The translations under genes and the position numbers were made by a program. Below, piece after piece: positions 9,432 to 19,229 of a stretch of DNA of 64,000 bases. The stretch is from an uncultured virus (IMG/VR IMGVR_UViG_3300035696_002405) (taxonomy: Duplodnaviria; Heunggongvirae; Uroviricota; Caudoviricetes): the IMG/VR virus record IMGVR_UViG_3300035696_002405. One strand, 5' to 3'. Numbering within the stretch: the stretch's first letter is position 1; every line of letters begins with the position of its first letter. The notes beneath the pieces are model-generated. The model was given only the letters and a program-made list of their open reading frames with translations, was not told the DNA's origin and made no database searches.

Positions 9432-9998
9432 TCAGTAGCTCGGTGGGTACCAGTAGCCGTCTTCTTCGAGATCCCGGATCGCCTCCTCCATCTCCCGGCC
9501 CGAGGCGATGGTGCCGAGCTTCTCGGCGTGGACACCGCTCCAAGCGATCTCGTCCATCGCACTCGCGATCGTCTTGAAGCTCCCGTCGTCGCGCGCCTCG
9601 CGCGCGGCGTCCTCGATGAGCGCCCTGATCTTGCTCTCGGCGCGGCGCTCGGTCGTCGCGACGACACCCATCGAAGGGTCGCTGTCCTGCCACCACGCCG
9701 AAGCGACATAGATGATCGTGTCGGGGCCGATCCTGCGCTTGCTCACCTTCTTGCCTCCCTCGTGGCGGAGCGAAACCAGCTCGTCCCGAAGCTTCTCGGC
9801 GCTGCCCTTGGCGAAGTCGCGCCACTCTCCACCAACAAACCGCTCCGTGTAGATGAGCGGGCGGTTCTCATAGTCCGACCAGTAGCTCGCGCTCGGGCTT
9901 ACGCGGAAGCGTTCGCCGGGAAAGCCACGAAGCCCGAATTCGCCTGGGAATTCGGCGACTGCCCTCGCGACGGCTTCTTGCTTCTCCGTCCAATTCAT
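9432..9998 (-). CDS. Hypothetical protein
   Basis: 188 aa with globular-like composition; fits tiling. Confidence 0.7.
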   Translation of the reverse strand: MNWTEKQEAVARAVAEFPGEFGLRGFPGERFRVSPSASYWSDYENRPLIYTERFVGGEWRDFAKGSAEKLRDELVSLRHEGGKKVSKRRIGPDTIIYVASAWWQDSDPSMGVVATTERRAESKIRALIEDAAREARDDGSFKTIASAMDEIAWSGVHAEKLGTIASGREMEEAIRDLEEDGYWYPPSY

Positions 9999-10001
9999 CG
10001 A

Positions 10002-10964
10002 CTAGGCTCCTGCCCCTTTCGGGGCGCCGTTCTGGCCCGCGATGGGAGTGTTCGAGGCGTGCGACTGGGCGACTGCGGCGTGCGCAGCCTCGGCGTTCTG
10101 GAAGTGGACGGGCGGGGGTCCCGAAGGGATGGCGCCGGCCTGCTGCTGCTCGACCATCACGGGAGCGACGGAGATGGGTTGCCCGTTCGGCTGCATGGCG
10201 ATCGGCTGGCCAGGTTGGAACTGCGTGCCGACCGGGCCGAGCGGCATCTCTTCGGCGCGCCGGAGAAACTCTTGGGCCTGCTTTGGGTCGCGGAGATCTC
10301 CCGGCGCGAAGGCTTGCTGCGTCTGCCCCTTGAAATACTGGGGCTGTTGCGGAACTTGCGGCTGCTGGACCTGGGCCTGCTGCGGTCCCTGCGGCTGCTG
10401 CACTTGGGGCGGCTGCTGCACCTGCTGTCGCTGTTGCGGTTGCGGTTGCTGCGGGTCCTGCGGCTGCTGCGGCCCCTGCGTCTGCTGCGACGGCTGCTGG
10501 GGCTGCTGCGGCTGCTGCGGCTGCTGGAGCTGACCCTGCCACTCCGGGTATCCGCCGCGGCCGAGCAGGTGCGGCGAGGGCGGTTGGCCGACGAGCCATC
10601 GCTTCAGCTCGCCCTGAAGCTCGATCTCTTGCTGCATCGCCTGCTCGAGCAGGAGCTTGTTGTGGCCCGCGAGCGTGAGGGCGGCCTGGAGCGACTGCTC
10701 GATCCGCGCGTAGGCCTCCGGGTCGTGGCGCGAGAGAGCGATGGCGAGGTTCTGGGAGTCGATCTGGAGCTGTCCGAATCCCTGGTCCTGCTTCATCGCG
10801 AAGTCGCGGTAGGTCGTGTAGCGGTTCTGGCTCTGGTTGATGAGGCCCGTGAGCACCCTGGCCGGGGCGTAGGCGCTGTCGGGCGGACGGCGCGCGGCAG
10901 GTCCTGGCGGCGGTCCCATGGGAAACCCATGCGGGGGCGGCGGGGGAGGGAAGTTCCTATTCAT
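10002..10964 (-). CDS. Gln/Pro-rich protein with N-terminal helical region
   Basis: 320 aa with QQPQ low-complexity tract; AG-rich upstream region. Confidence 0.75.
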   Translation of the reverse strand: MNRNFPPPPPPHGFPMGPPPGPAARRPPDSAYAPARVLTGLINQSQNRYTTYRDFAMKQDQGFGQLQIDSQNLAIALSRHDPEAYARIEQSLQAALTLAGHNKLLLEQAMQQEIELQGELKRWLVGQPPSPHLLGRGGYPEWQGQLQQPQQPQQPQQPSQQTQGPQQPQDPQQPQPQQRQQVQQPPQVQQPQGPQQAQVQQPQVPQQPQYFKGQTQQAFAPGDLRDPKQAQEFLRRAEEMPLGPVGTQFQPGQPIAMQPNGQPISVAPVMVEQQQAGAIPSGPPPVHFQNAEAAHAAVAQSHASNTPIAGQNGAPKGAGA

Positions 10965-10976
10965 CGTTTGCCTTTC

Positions 10977-12656
10977 TCACTCTTTCTTCGGATCTTTCTT
11001 CGAGACGAGCTTGAGGACCTTGCCTTCTTTCTCTGGCTTCACCTCGGACTGCTTCGGCTCCGGGGGAGGGAAGTCGAAGCCTTTGATGAGGTCGAAAGCG
11101 TCCTCCAGGGTCGAGACTCCATAATACCGCTCCTTGGGCCCGCCGTCGTCCTCGTCCTGTTTGTAGTCGGTCTTCGTGAGCTGCAGGACCATCTCCGCCT
11201 CGTAGGGCTGGAGAGCCGGGCCCACGATCATCTTGAACCCCATGAGCGACGCGCTCCGAATGCGCGACTCCATGAAGGAGACCCCGCGGATCTCGCCGGC
11301 GAGGCCGATCTCGCCGAAGGCGATGAACGACCTCGGGAGCGCCACATCGATCACCGAGGAGGCGAGGCTCATGGCCAGTGGAAGATCGAGCGCGGGGTCC
11401 CTGACCTCCTCGTGGTCGCCAGGACAGTTGGCGAAGATCTCTCTCAGGAGATCGATGCCGTACCGGCGCTGGAGGACCGCGATGACCTGCGCTGCGCGCC
11501 CCGACGACAAGCCCATGATCGTGCGCTTCGGCGCCGTCGATCCGAGGACCTGGCCGACGAGAGTCTGGAACTCCATCGCATAGGGCCGCGAGGCGCCGCT
11601 CACGGAGACCAAGCCGACGGCGACGCCGGGGCGTCCCTCCTTGTGGTGCGCAAGGAGAAGCTCGCTCGGGTTCTCGACCGAGCGCAGACCGTCCTTGCAC
11701 ATGCGAAAGAGCGCCATCTCGTTGGTGTCGCCGAAGCGGTTCTTGCCGGCGCTGATGCCCCGCAGCTCGCCCATGCCCACCTTGTGGAACTCGAGCGTCG
11801 CGTCGACGAGGTGCTCGAGGGTCTTCGGGCCGGCGACGATGCCGTCCTTGTTGATGTGCGCGACGAGGAAGCAACCGATCCCGCTCTCCTTGCAGAGGCC
11901 GACGATGAAGGCCGTGCACTCGCGGACCTGCGTCAGGGAGCCCGAGCCGCCCTCGGCCGAGCGCCGCTGCATCATCTGGATCGAGTCGATGATGAGGATG
12001 TCGGGGTTGATCTCGCGGATCCACCGCGCGATCTCCTCGACGTCGGACTCGTTCAGGATGTAGAGCTTGCGGACTTTCTTGTTCTCGCCCTTGCCGTCGC
12101 CCTTGTCGTTCTTTTGACGCAGAGCCTCTTGAACGGAGGCGGCGGCCGCCCGCGCTTTGTCTTTGACGGCGTTCGGCGCCTTCGCCTCCGATTGGGACGC
12201 TTGGCCGGCTCCCTCGAGACGCGTCGCGCGACCTTTGATCTGGCTGCCGGTCTCCTCTGCCGAGACGTAGAGGATGGTGAGGGGGTCGGTCTCCTTGCCC
12301 GTGTCGACGTCAACGATCGCGGCCGACGTGAGGTCGAGCGCCACCTGCAGAAGCAGCGTCGACTTGCCGATGCCGGGGTCGCCCGAGATGAGGACCGTCG
12401 AGCCGGTGACGAGGCCGCCGCCGAGGATGCGGTCGAACTCGCGCGTCCCGGTCGAGAGGCGCTCGAAGTCCTCCGCCGGGACGTCCTTGAGGAGCACGGG
12501 CTTTCCGCCGCCCCCGAGCCAGAGCATCGAGACCTTGCCGGGCTTGCCGACCACGACAGTGCCGAGCGACTTGCAGTTCGGACAAGTGTTGTCCCAGCGG
12601 ACGAGCGCCGCGTTGCACGCCCTGCAGTGGTGGGGGGTCTCGACGGCCGTCGTCAT
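10977..12656 (-). CDS. radA: DNA repair/recombination protein RadA (Sms)
   Basis: C4 zinc finger (CRAC..CPNC), Walker A GDPGIGKST, Walker B LIIDSIQ, GPKTLEHLVD, KNRFG motif and Lon-like C-domain (GEIGLAGEIR). Start reassigned to ATG 12656. Confidence 0.93.
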   Translation of the reverse strand: MTTAVETPHHCRACNAALVRWDNTCPNCKSLGTVVVGKPGKVSMLWLGGGGKPVLLKDVPAEDFERLSTGTREFDRILGGGLVTGSTVLISGDPGIGKSTLLLQVALDLTSAAIVDVDTGKETDPLTILYVSAEETGSQIKGRATRLEGAGQASQSEAKAPNAVKDKARAAAASVQEALRQKNDKGDGKGENKKVRKLYILNESDVEEIARWIREINPDILIIDSIQMMQRRSAEGGSGSLTQVRECTAFIVGLCKESGIGCFLVAHINKDGIVAGPKTLEHLVDATLEFHKVGMGELRGISAGKNRFGDTNEMALFRMCKDGLRSVENPSELLLAHHKEGRPGVAVGLVSVSGASRPYAMEFQTLVGQVLGSTAPKRTIMGLSSGRAAQVIAVLQRRYGIDLLREIFANCPGDHEEVRDPALDLPLAMSLASSVIDVALPRSFIAFGEIGLAGEIRGVSFMESRIRSASLMGFKMIVGPALQPYEAEMVLQLTKTDYKQDEDDGGPKERYYGVSTLEDAFDLIKGFDFPPPEPKQSEVKPEKEGKVLKLVSKKDPKKE

Positions 12657-12666
12657 CGGATGTTCC

Positions 12667-13095
12667 TCAGAGCTTCGCGATCGCCGTGAGCAAGATCGCG
12701 CCCACGACCACAACGCCTCCGATCACCGCCACGGTCTTGATCGTTTGCTCGGCTTCGTGCCGCGTGTCCTTGAGCTGTTTGTCTATCCGGTCGACGATGT
12801 TGCCAGGGAGTTCGGCGATCTTTCCAGGGATCTTCTCTGCCGCTTCAGCGGTGCGTTTGGCCGAGCGCGCGAGGCTCTCAGGCAGCTCCCGGATGTCCTT
12901 GGGGATGTACTCGGGGATGTCGGAGACGTGCGGGAAGATGTCCGACGGCTTCTTCTCTCCCCACCAGCCGAGACTCTGGCCCAAGGCATAGGGGTAGCTG
13001 AGGGGGCTCGCGAGCCACGGGCCGACGGAGACGTCGCCAAGCGCGCCCACGCTCTCAGCGTAACTGTCGTCCCACCATCCAGCTTCCCACGTCAC
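12667..13095 (-). CDS. Small protein with C-terminal transmembrane helix
   Basis: Amphipathic middle region and terminal VAVIGGVVVVGAILLTAI. Confidence 0.7.
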   Translation of the reverse strand: MTWEAGWWDDSYAESVGALGDVSVGPWLASPLSYPYALGQSLGWWGEKKPSDIFPHVSDIPEYIPKDIRELPESLARSAKRTAEAAEKIPGKIAELPGNIVDRIDKQLKDTRHEAEQTIKTVAVIGGVVVVGAILLTAIAKL

Positions 13096-13107
13096 GCGAC
13101 CTCCCGA

Positions 13108-13581
13108 TCAGCGACGACCCCAGCCGTGATGCATGCGCATGGGGTGAGGCATGCCTTGATCCTGATCCTGATCATCGCCACCCTGGTCATCGCGATGGTG
13201 GTCGTGATGACCGAAGCCGTGATGACCGAAACCGCCGCGCCCGCCGCCGCGCCCGAAGCCCCCGCGTCCGTAGCCGACGGCCGGCGGAAGTGCTGAGGGA
13301 CCGGTCGCGAGCGCCTCGTGACTCCTCTGCGAGATGAGCTTGCCAGCCTGGAAAAGGAGGAACACGCCGCCGAGCGCGACGCCGGCGCCGGCCGCGCCGT
13401 ACTTGAGGGCATGACCCACTTCACCGCGATCGGACTTCTTGCCCGCGGCGAGCGAGACGACAGCGCCAGCGACAGCGCCCATCACCCCGAGCTTCGGATA
13501 GTCGGGGCCGTGCGCGAGCATCCAGTCGAAGTCGAGCAGGTGCGCGAACATGCTCTCGTGGTGGGGAGTGATGTCAGCCAT
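13108..13581 (-). CDS. Membrane protein with Gly/His-rich tail
   Basis: Two hydrophobic segments, then GRGG/GFGHH repeats; AAGGAG RBS. Confidence 0.7.
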   Translation of the reverse strand: MADITPHHESMFAHLLDFDWMLAHGPDYPKLGVMGAVAGAVVSLAAGKKSDRGEVGHALKYGAAGAGVALGGVFLLFQAGKLISQRSHEALATGPSALPPAVGYGRGGFGRGGGRGGFGHHGFGHHDHHRDDQGGDDQDQDQGMPHPMRMHHGWGRR

Positions 13582-13596
13582 GATGTCTCGTCTCCT

Positions 13597-13821
13597 TCAG
13601 CGTGTGCGGCCAAAGCGCGACAAGCGATGCCGGACGCGCGGGTGGTGACGCCTCGTCAAGATGGCGCGGGCCTCGGCGCGATAGGGCCCGTGACTCGTCG
13701 CGAGCTGCTCGAGCTGCGACTCGGTGAGCTTGCGCGACCCGCGCGCACCGACCGAGCGGCGCATCGCGTGGCGGTGTTTGCCGAGGAGCTTGCTCACGAA
13801 CCTCTTCATTCCTTTGATCAT
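13597..13821 (-). CDS. Small Arg/His-rich basic protein
   Basis: ATG 13821 (MIKGMKRF); 74 aa, strongly basic. Confidence 0.6.
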   Translation of the reverse strand: MIKGMKRFVSKLLGKHRHAMRRSVGARGSRKLTESQLEQLATSHGPYRAEARAILTRRHHPRVRHRLSRFGRTR

Positions 13822-13828
13822 GACTGCC

Positions 13829-14092
13829 TCAGCGTCCCCCGGCGTGGTGATGCGCGCGACGCTTCCTCTTGACGCGGTGGGTGCCGAGCGGGCCCACGTG
13901 GTGCGGCAAGCGGCGGAGCATGAGCGCCATGCGAGCGCGCTTGCCGAGCTTGCCCGGTGCATGCGCCGCGCGACGCAGGACCGGAACCGGGATGTGCTCG
14001 CCTTCGGGGATCCTGAGCTGGCGGTGGAGCGCCCCCTTGTGCTCGCCAATCCCGGTCTCCTGGATGAACTTGCGCGGCCTTCGCTTCGCCAT
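13829..14092 (-). CDS. Small basic protein of phage type
   Basis: KFIQ..GALHRQLxIPxGxxIP..GKLGKRARMA pattern resembles small basic phage proteins; GAGGAG RBS. Confidence 0.7.
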   Translation of the reverse strand: MAKRRPRKFIQETGIGEHKGALHRQLRIPEGEHIPVPVLRRAAHAPGKLGKRARMALMLRRLPHHVGPLGTHRVKRKRRAHHHAGGR

Positions 14093-14106
14093 GATCTCTT
14101 CTCCTC

Positions 14107-14436
14107 TCAGGTTCCTTCCGCTCGTCCCCAGGGGAGCGAGACGCCGGGCACGAGGTCCGGCATGCCGAGTGATCGGCGGTGTTCGTTGACGTACGCCACG
14201 GTGAGCAGCACCGCGCCGAGCGCGGCGCCCGCCGAGGGCTTGATGCGGTAGGCGGCGTAGACCATGATGCCCGCGCCCGCCACCGTGAGGAGCGCGCCGG
14301 GAACGCCGATCTTCTCGTGGTCCTTGCCACGCGTCGCATGCGAGCCGCCGATGAACATCAGCCCGCCGCCAAGCGCGAGGAGCGCGGCGTCGACGAGCGT
14401 GGAATCGCCCCTTTTGGAGAGCAAGCTCTTCACCAT
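14107..14436 (-). CDS. Small multi-pass membrane protein
   Basis: Three hydrophobic segments; ATG 14436 overlaps the upstream stop (alternative start 14475). Confidence 0.65.
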   Translation of the reverse strand: MVKSLLSKRGDSTLVDAALLALGGGLMFIGGSHATRGKDHEKIGVPGALLTVAGAGIMVYAAYRIKPSAGAALGAVLLTVAYVNEHRRSLGMPDLVPGVSLPWGRAEGT

Positions 14437-15098
14437 TGGAGAATGTCCTTCTCCGAGTGATACCCTATTTGCCACATCCCTGGGAGAGACGACGCGCCCT
14501 GGAGTGCTTCCTGGGCGAAACGCCGCGGGTTACCCGGGTAAGCGATAGGATCGCTCACATCGGACCAATCGAAGCCGGCCCGCATGGGCTGCAGAAAGCG
14601 GGACTTGGCACTTGTCTCGGGCCACCACCCCTGCGCACTCGTATCCACCGGACGGATCGCTTGCACCGTCATGCGCCTGTAGAGCCACCACCCGAAGGCG
14701 AAACCCGCCAGGGCGAACGCGATCTTGTTGTCCTTCATCCAGGCGAGCGCGCGATCCGGCAGCGTTCGTTCGGGCTTGAAGGCGCGCGCTCGATCCGACA
14801 GGCGAATGACGCGTCTACTGTTCTCGAGTTTCTTTTCTTCTAACCTCTCGAGTCGACGCTCTTTCTCGCGTTTCTCGTCTTCTAGCCTCTCGAGCCCAGA
14901 AAGCGCAGCGCTCTTGTACTCCGAGTCTGTCAATTCCGACGGGTCATAAACCTCGCCGGTCTGAACGTCGTGGAGCGTCTTCTTCGGTCCGCCGTGCTCC
15001 GCTATCGTAACAGTCCAACGCTTTCCTGGCGTCCAACCCTTCTCGGGCGAAACACTAACCTTTTGACCGTTCAACCGGAAAGACTTCTCACCCTCCAT
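14430..15098 (-). CDS. Membrane protein with coiled-coil
   Basis: ATG 15098 with AGGAG RBS; E/K/R-rich helix followed by IAFALAGFAFGWWLY. Confidence 0.7.
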   Translation of the reverse strand: MEGEKSFRLNGQKVSVSPEKGWTPGKRWTVTIAEHGGPKKTLHDVQTGEVYDPSELTDSEYKSAALSGLERLEDEKREKERRLERLEEKKLENSRRVIRLSDRARAFKPERTLPDRALAWMKDNKIAFALAGFAFGWWLYRRMTVQAIRPVDTSAQGWWPETSAKSRFLQPMRAGFDWSDVSDPIAYPGNPRRFAQEALQGASSLPGMWQIGYHSEKDILQW

Positions 15099-15453
15099 GG
15101 GCGCTCCTGCGGCTGGGAGCACTAGAGCCCATCATCGGCCAGGGGAGTTCAGGCGCGTAGACGCAGTGACCAGTCTCGTCGGGCACATAGTCCGGGGGAC
15201 ACGGGCTGCCGCTCGGCCCAGGCGGAGTCATCGGCCCGAGCGGCGGAGCGATAAAGCCTACCTTGACGCTGCCTTGACGCTCCGAGAGAACCTTCTTCAA
15301 CGCACCGAGGAATGCGCCGCCGCCGACGTAGAAAGGACGAGCCTTCTCCTCGCTCTCGTCATCCTGACCTGCGATCGAGGCCACGACGTAGCTCGCAAGC
15401 CAGCCCATGAGCGCTCCCTCGATGGCTCCCGTGAGCAGATCACCCGCCGCCAT
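15088..15453 (-). CDS. Small membrane protein with CPP..C motif
   Basis: Two hydrophobic segments; PCPPDYVPDETGHC; AGGAG RBS. Confidence 0.65.
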   Translation of the reverse strand: MAAGDLLTGAIEGALMGWLASYVVASIAGQDDESEEKARPFYVGGGAFLGALKKVLSERQGSVKVGFIAPPLGPMTPPGPSGSPCPPDYVPDETGHCVYAPELPWPMMGSSAPSRRSAHGG

Positions 15454-15985
15454 GAGCGCTCCTGTCCTGGGAGTAGATGACGCCGACGGAGTACCTGACG
15501 GCTGCAGCCGTCTCGGGGCCTGCGACTCCCGTCGGCGACTGCCCGAAAGCAGACTGGATGCTCCGGATCGCTTCGGTCGTCTCGCGTCCCATGCGGCCGT
15601 CTTCGGGAAGCGGCGGCTCGGCGCCGAGCACGTTCAAGTCGCGCTGGAGGAACTCGGCCTCGATCGGCTGGCAGAGAACCGCCAGGGCATGGGTGACCTC
15701 TTCGGGCGCGTTCATGAGGCTCGCGACGTCTCCGAGGAGCGCCGTCGTCTTGACCGAGTCGATCGTGCGGCACGCCCAGCAGCACTCGTTCAAGTGCCGC
15801 AGGTAGTCGGCCGCCGTCGCTCGGCGCGCCGGCCGCGGCGCGAGGAAGCTCGGGGCATGGCCCGCGGGCCGCGGGGGCGCCATGCGCGGACCTTGGCCCT
15901 GATGGCGGAATCGTTCCTCGGCCGAGCGCTCCGCGAGCAGCCAGATGAGGAGACCTCCGGGAATGAGTAGGAGCCAGAGGGGCAA
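15440..15985 (-). CDS. Membrane-anchored peptidoglycan-binding protein
   Basis: N-terminal hydrophobic helix; LQRDLN..DGRMGRETTEAIRSIQ..PTGVAGPET (PG_binding_1 pattern); paralog of 40962..41483. Confidence 0.75.
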   Translation of the reverse strand: MPLWLLLIPGGLLIWLLAERSAEERFRHQGQGPRMAPPRPAGHAPSFLAPRPARRATAADYLRHLNECCWACRTIDSVKTTALLGDVASLMNAPEEVTHALAVLCQPIEAEFLQRDLNVLGAEPPLPEDGRMGRETTEAIRSIQSAFGQSPTGVAGPETAAAVRYSVGVIYSQDRSAHGGG

Positions 15986-15987
15986 CG

Positions 15988-16509
15988 TCAGTTCCCCTTC
16001 ACGGCTTGATCGAGTGCGGCGATCGTGTCGGAACCGAGGATCCCGGTGATGTCGAGATCATGGAGCGACTGGAACTCCATGACCGCTTTGCGCGTCCTCG
16101 GCCCCACGATGCCGTCGGACTCGACGTCGTAGCCGAGCGAGGCGAGCTTCTCCTGGGCCTTGCGCACGACCGTCGTGTCGTGACCGACGTAGTACCAGGG
16201 GTGACCTCCCGGCGTCGCGGCGCCGGCGAAGTAGTCGCGTCCGACGCTGGAGGCGAGCTGCATCGCGCGCCCAGACACGGTCCTTGCGCTCTCCTCGAAG
16301 CCGGCTGCTTCGAGCTTGCCTGCGAGGGCGTCGAGCACGCGCGAATCGGTCTCGCGCGCGAGGGCCGCCTCGACGCCGATGCGCACGCTCGGCGAGAGGT
16401 CTCGATCGAGTCCTCCGCCGCGCGCGCCCTTCTTGTGACGGAGCACGAGCAAGCCTGTGAGGGCCACTGCCCCCGCCAGGATCGCTTTCTTCTCCGTGCT
16501 GAGCTTCAT
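15988..16509 (-). CDS. Membrane-anchored peptidoglycan-binding protein
   Basis: ATG 16509; N-terminal TM; AQEKLASLGY..DGIVGPRTRKAVMEFQ..ITGILGSDT. Confidence 0.8.
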   Translation of the reverse strand: MKLSTEKKAILAGAVALTGLLVLRHKKGARGGGLDRDLSPSVRIGVEAALARETDSRVLDALAGKLEAAGFEESARTVSGRAMQLASSVGRDYFAGAATPGGHPWYYVGHDTTVVRKAQEKLASLGYDVESDGIVGPRTRKAVMEFQSLHDLDITGILGSDTIAALDQAVKGN

Positions 16510-16513
16510 CGCG

Positions 16514-16762
16514 TCACCGTCCCCCTCGATGCATGGCTCGACGACGGCGATCGGCGCGCTCGGCGCGCTCGATACCACTCATCCAAGCATCATGCGCCTT
16601 TTTCCAGCGCTTCTGCGCCGCACGCGCTCTCGGAGTCAGCGACCGTGGGGAGACGCGATCGGGGCGATGACCCGGCACGAGCTTGTTCCAAGCAAGCCAC
16701 GCCGCACGGACCTTTCGGCCCTTCGTGTGCGCGAGCTTCTTGTACTGCTGCTTGAGTGTCAT
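16514..16762 (-). CDS. Small basic protein
   Basis: ATG 16762 (MTLKQQYKK); K/R-rich, 82 aa. Confidence 0.6.
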   Translation of the reverse strand: MTLKQQYKKLAHTKGRKVRAAWLAWNKLVPGHRPDRVSPRSLTPRARAAQKRWKKAHDAWMSGIERAERADRRRRAMHRGGR

Positions 16763-16778
16763 CTGCGCCCTGGGATCC

Positions 16779-17252
16779 TCAGAGCTGCGGGAGTTGGGGA
16801 GCGGGGCCGTTGTTCGGGTACATCGCGACGAGAACGCCCTTGGTCCCGCCGCCGGCGTTTCCCTGGTTGGCAGGTGGTCCTCCGTAGGACGGGTACTGGA
16901 CGGGTCCGCTCGCGGGCTGGCCCATCCCCGGCTGATTCGGGTACTGCGCGACCGGGGGCGCGGTGCCGACGGGCGCTTGCCCCTGGTTCGGCATCGCCGC
17001 CAGCGCCGAGCCATCGAGACAGCGCGTCTCGAGCCGGAGGATACCCATCGCGGCGCACTGCCCGAGCATTTCGCGGACCATGATGAGCGCCATCGAGTTC
17101 GCAGAGCGGCTGTCGAAGTTCTTGGCCGCGAGGCTGCCGAGCACGCCCGGCAGGAGCGAGTAGAACACCTCGATGTCGCTCGGACGCGTGTCGCGGTAAC
17201 GGGCTCCCGGGATCGCGTCCGAGGAGGTCATCTTCTCTTGGTTCTCTTCCAT
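16779..17252 (-). CDS. Hypothetical protein, paralog of 54593..55213
   Basis: Shared helical N-domain ending CAxxGI, then a P/Q/G-rich tail. Confidence 0.7.
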   Translation of the reverse strand: MEENQEKMTSSDAIPGARYRDTRPSDIEVFYSLLPGVLGSLAAKNFDSRSANSMALIMVREMLGQCAAMGILRLETRCLDGSALAAMPNQGQAPVGTAPPVAQYPNQPGMGQPASGPVQYPSYGGPPANQGNAGGGTKGVLVAMYPNNGPAPQLPQL

Positions 17253-17305
17253 GGTTGCCTTTCAGGAGCCGTTTTCTGCGGCTTGTCACACCGTTGTCAC
17301 ATCGA

Positions 17306-17527
17306 TCAGTACGGCTCGAACTGTCCCTGGATGCCGTCGTCTTCGTACCAGGGCATCGCGGGATCCAGCTCGCCGCTCACCGCGGCGCGTGTTGCCTCGG
17401 CGTGGGCTTCGGAAGCGTCTCCACCAGGATGGACGAATCCAGGCGATGCAGGAGCTTGGTAGGACGCTTGGCCTGGGAGGCTTCGCATGAAGCCGATGAG
17501 CCAGAGCGCTTGATCGCGAGAGAGCAT
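17306..17527 (-). CDS. Hypothetical small protein
   Basis: 73 aa filling the gap in the tiling. Confidence 0.45.
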   Translation of the reverse strand: MLSRDQALWLIGFMRSLPGQASYQAPASPGFVHPGGDASEAHAEATRAAVSGELDPAMPWYEDDGIQGQFEPY

Positions 17528-17536
17528 GCTATTGGC

Positions 17537-18769
17537 TCACCGCCTCCAGCCGCCCCAACCGCGGCGGCCCCAGCCACGCCCCCAGCCGCCCCAACCGCGA
17601 CGACCCAAGTCCCAGCGACGCTCGGGGTAGTAGGCCGGCTGCTCGACGACGACTTCCTCCTCGACGGGCTGCTGGTACTGCTGCGCCTGCGTGTACGGTT
17701 GTCCTTGCTGCGTGAACTGCTGCATGCCGTACTGCTGCTGCGTGCCGGCGTAGCCGTAGGGCTGCGCCTGCTGCGGAGTTCCGGGATACTCGGCAACGAG
17801 ACCGCCGCCGCCGTACGAAGCGTAGCCCGTGACGTCGCCTTCCCAGGAAGCCACGATTCCCGGATCGACCTGAGCCTGCGCCGGCTGCTCGATGATCTCC
17901 TCCTCAGGCATCGGCTGCGGCATCGGCTGCTCTTCCTCGATGACCTCTTCCTCGGGATGGCGGAAGTGGTGACGACGGTGGTGGGGATGCCACGGCTCGT
18001 GACCGAAGCGTCCTCGTTCGCCGTGCGGGAGGTAGCGACCGTGGCGCCCGAAGCGCTGCTCGAAGCCGCCGTGCCGACCGATCCCGCCGTGCCGACCTCG
18101 GCCGTCCCAGCCGACGATCGCTGGACCGCTCTGAATGCCCACGATCGCGGGACCGCTCTGGATGCCGGTCGCGTACTCCTGCTGTTCCCACCAAGGACGG
18201 TGATGATGGTGATGGTGGCGCCACCATTCTCCATCCCAGCCGACGATCGCAGGACCACTCTGAATGCCCACGATCGCTGGACCGCTCTGGATGCCGGTCA
18301 TGTAATCGCCCTCGAAGCCGGCCGCATAGGGACCCCAGCCCGTCGCGACGGGCGGCGCAAGCGGAGCGGCGGGCGCTGCAGCCTCGATCTGCTTTTTGTG
18401 GATGTCGGTCTCGCTCGCGCCGACAGCCTTGGCCTCACCGATCGCTGCAGCCTTGGCGTCGAGCGCGGCTGCGCTCGAGGCGTGTCCGAGATCGCCGAGG
18501 GCGCGCGCCTGCGCAGAGATCGCCTTCGGGTCGGTCTCGGTGAGGAGGGCATCGTTCACCTGCTTGACCTGGTCGGTCGACATGTTCGGGTCGAGAGCGA
18601 CGCCGGGTCCCGGCGTCGGCACGCTCGTCACCTTGACCTTCTCGAGCGCGACGTGCTTGTCGACGTGAGAAGCCGTGAGCCACGCGATTGGTGACCATGC
18701 CGGGTTCTCGTTCTTCTTCCACAGGTAGTAGCCGCCGGCGCCGATGAGCGCGAGGGTGAGTGGCTTCAT
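17537..18769 (-). CDS. Membrane-anchored low-complexity protein with four GIQSGPAIV repeats
   Basis: N-terminal TM; ETD helical domain; TGIQSGPAIVGIQSGPAIVGWD twice; His-, Gln- and GW-rich blocks. Confidence 0.8.
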   Translation of the reverse strand: MKPLTLALIGAGGYYLWKKNENPAWSPIAWLTASHVDKHVALEKVKVTSVPTPGPGVALDPNMSTDQVKQVNDALLTETDPKAISAQARALGDLGHASSAAALDAKAAAIGEAKAVGASETDIHKKQIEAAAPAAPLAPPVATGWGPYAAGFEGDYMTGIQSGPAIVGIQSGPAIVGWDGEWWRHHHHHHRPWWEQQEYATGIQSGPAIVGIQSGPAIVGWDGRGRHGGIGRHGGFEQRFGRHGRYLPHGERGRFGHEPWHPHHRRHHFRHPEEEVIEEEQPMPQPMPEEEIIEQPAQAQVDPGIVASWEGDVTGYASYGGGGLVAEYPGTPQQAQPYGYAGTQQQYGMQQFTQQGQPYTQAQQYQQPVEEEVVVEQPAYYPERRWDLGRRGWGGWGRGWGRRGWGGWRR

Positions 18770-18794
18770 GTTCGTCTCGTTTTTTCTTGTGATC

Positions 18795-19229
18795 TCAGCG
18801 GTGGGCGTGGCTCCAAGAGTAGAGCCCAGTGACGTCTTCCCCAGGATACTCGAAGTTGCCCGAAGTTGCCTGGGGAAGCGCCGAAGGTCCAGGGAGTCCT
18901 GGTTCGGGACCGAACTCGGGGTTCACCAAGAGGCGGCGCTTCTTGATCCACAAAGGCACGCCATCGACGTTGACGCGGACGAACTTGCCGTGGAATCCGA
19001 GCACGCCGTCAGCGTAGATGCCCCATTCCACATCGAGAGCGCCATCCGGCACACCGTGTGGAGTCGTGAGCCAGTAATGCGTTCCTTGAGGAATCGAAAA
19101 TGCGAAGCGAGGGTCAAAACCTGTCAGGTAACGCTCCTCGCGATCCTTGCCGCGCTTCCAGTGACGATAGATCGCATAGCCGCCGATCCCGACGCCCATG
19201 ATGACGAGGGCCCCGAGTCCGTCGCTCAT
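18795..19229 (-). CDS. Membrane-anchored hypothetical protein
   Basis: N-terminal hydrophobic helix; ATGA overlap with the upstream gene. Confidence 0.7.
   Translation of the reverse strand: MSDGLGALVIMGVGIGGYAIYRHWKRGKDREERYLTGFDPRFAFSIPQGTHYWLTTPHGVPDGALDVEWGIYADGVLGFHGKFVRVNVDGVPLWIKKRRLLVNPEFGPEPGLPGPSALPQATSGNFEYPGEDVTGLYSWSHAHR

Noticed and set aside
9528..12689. 1053 aa plus-strand ORF
   Set aside because: Antisense to radA and its neighbours; typical stop-poor shadow frame in high-GC DNA.
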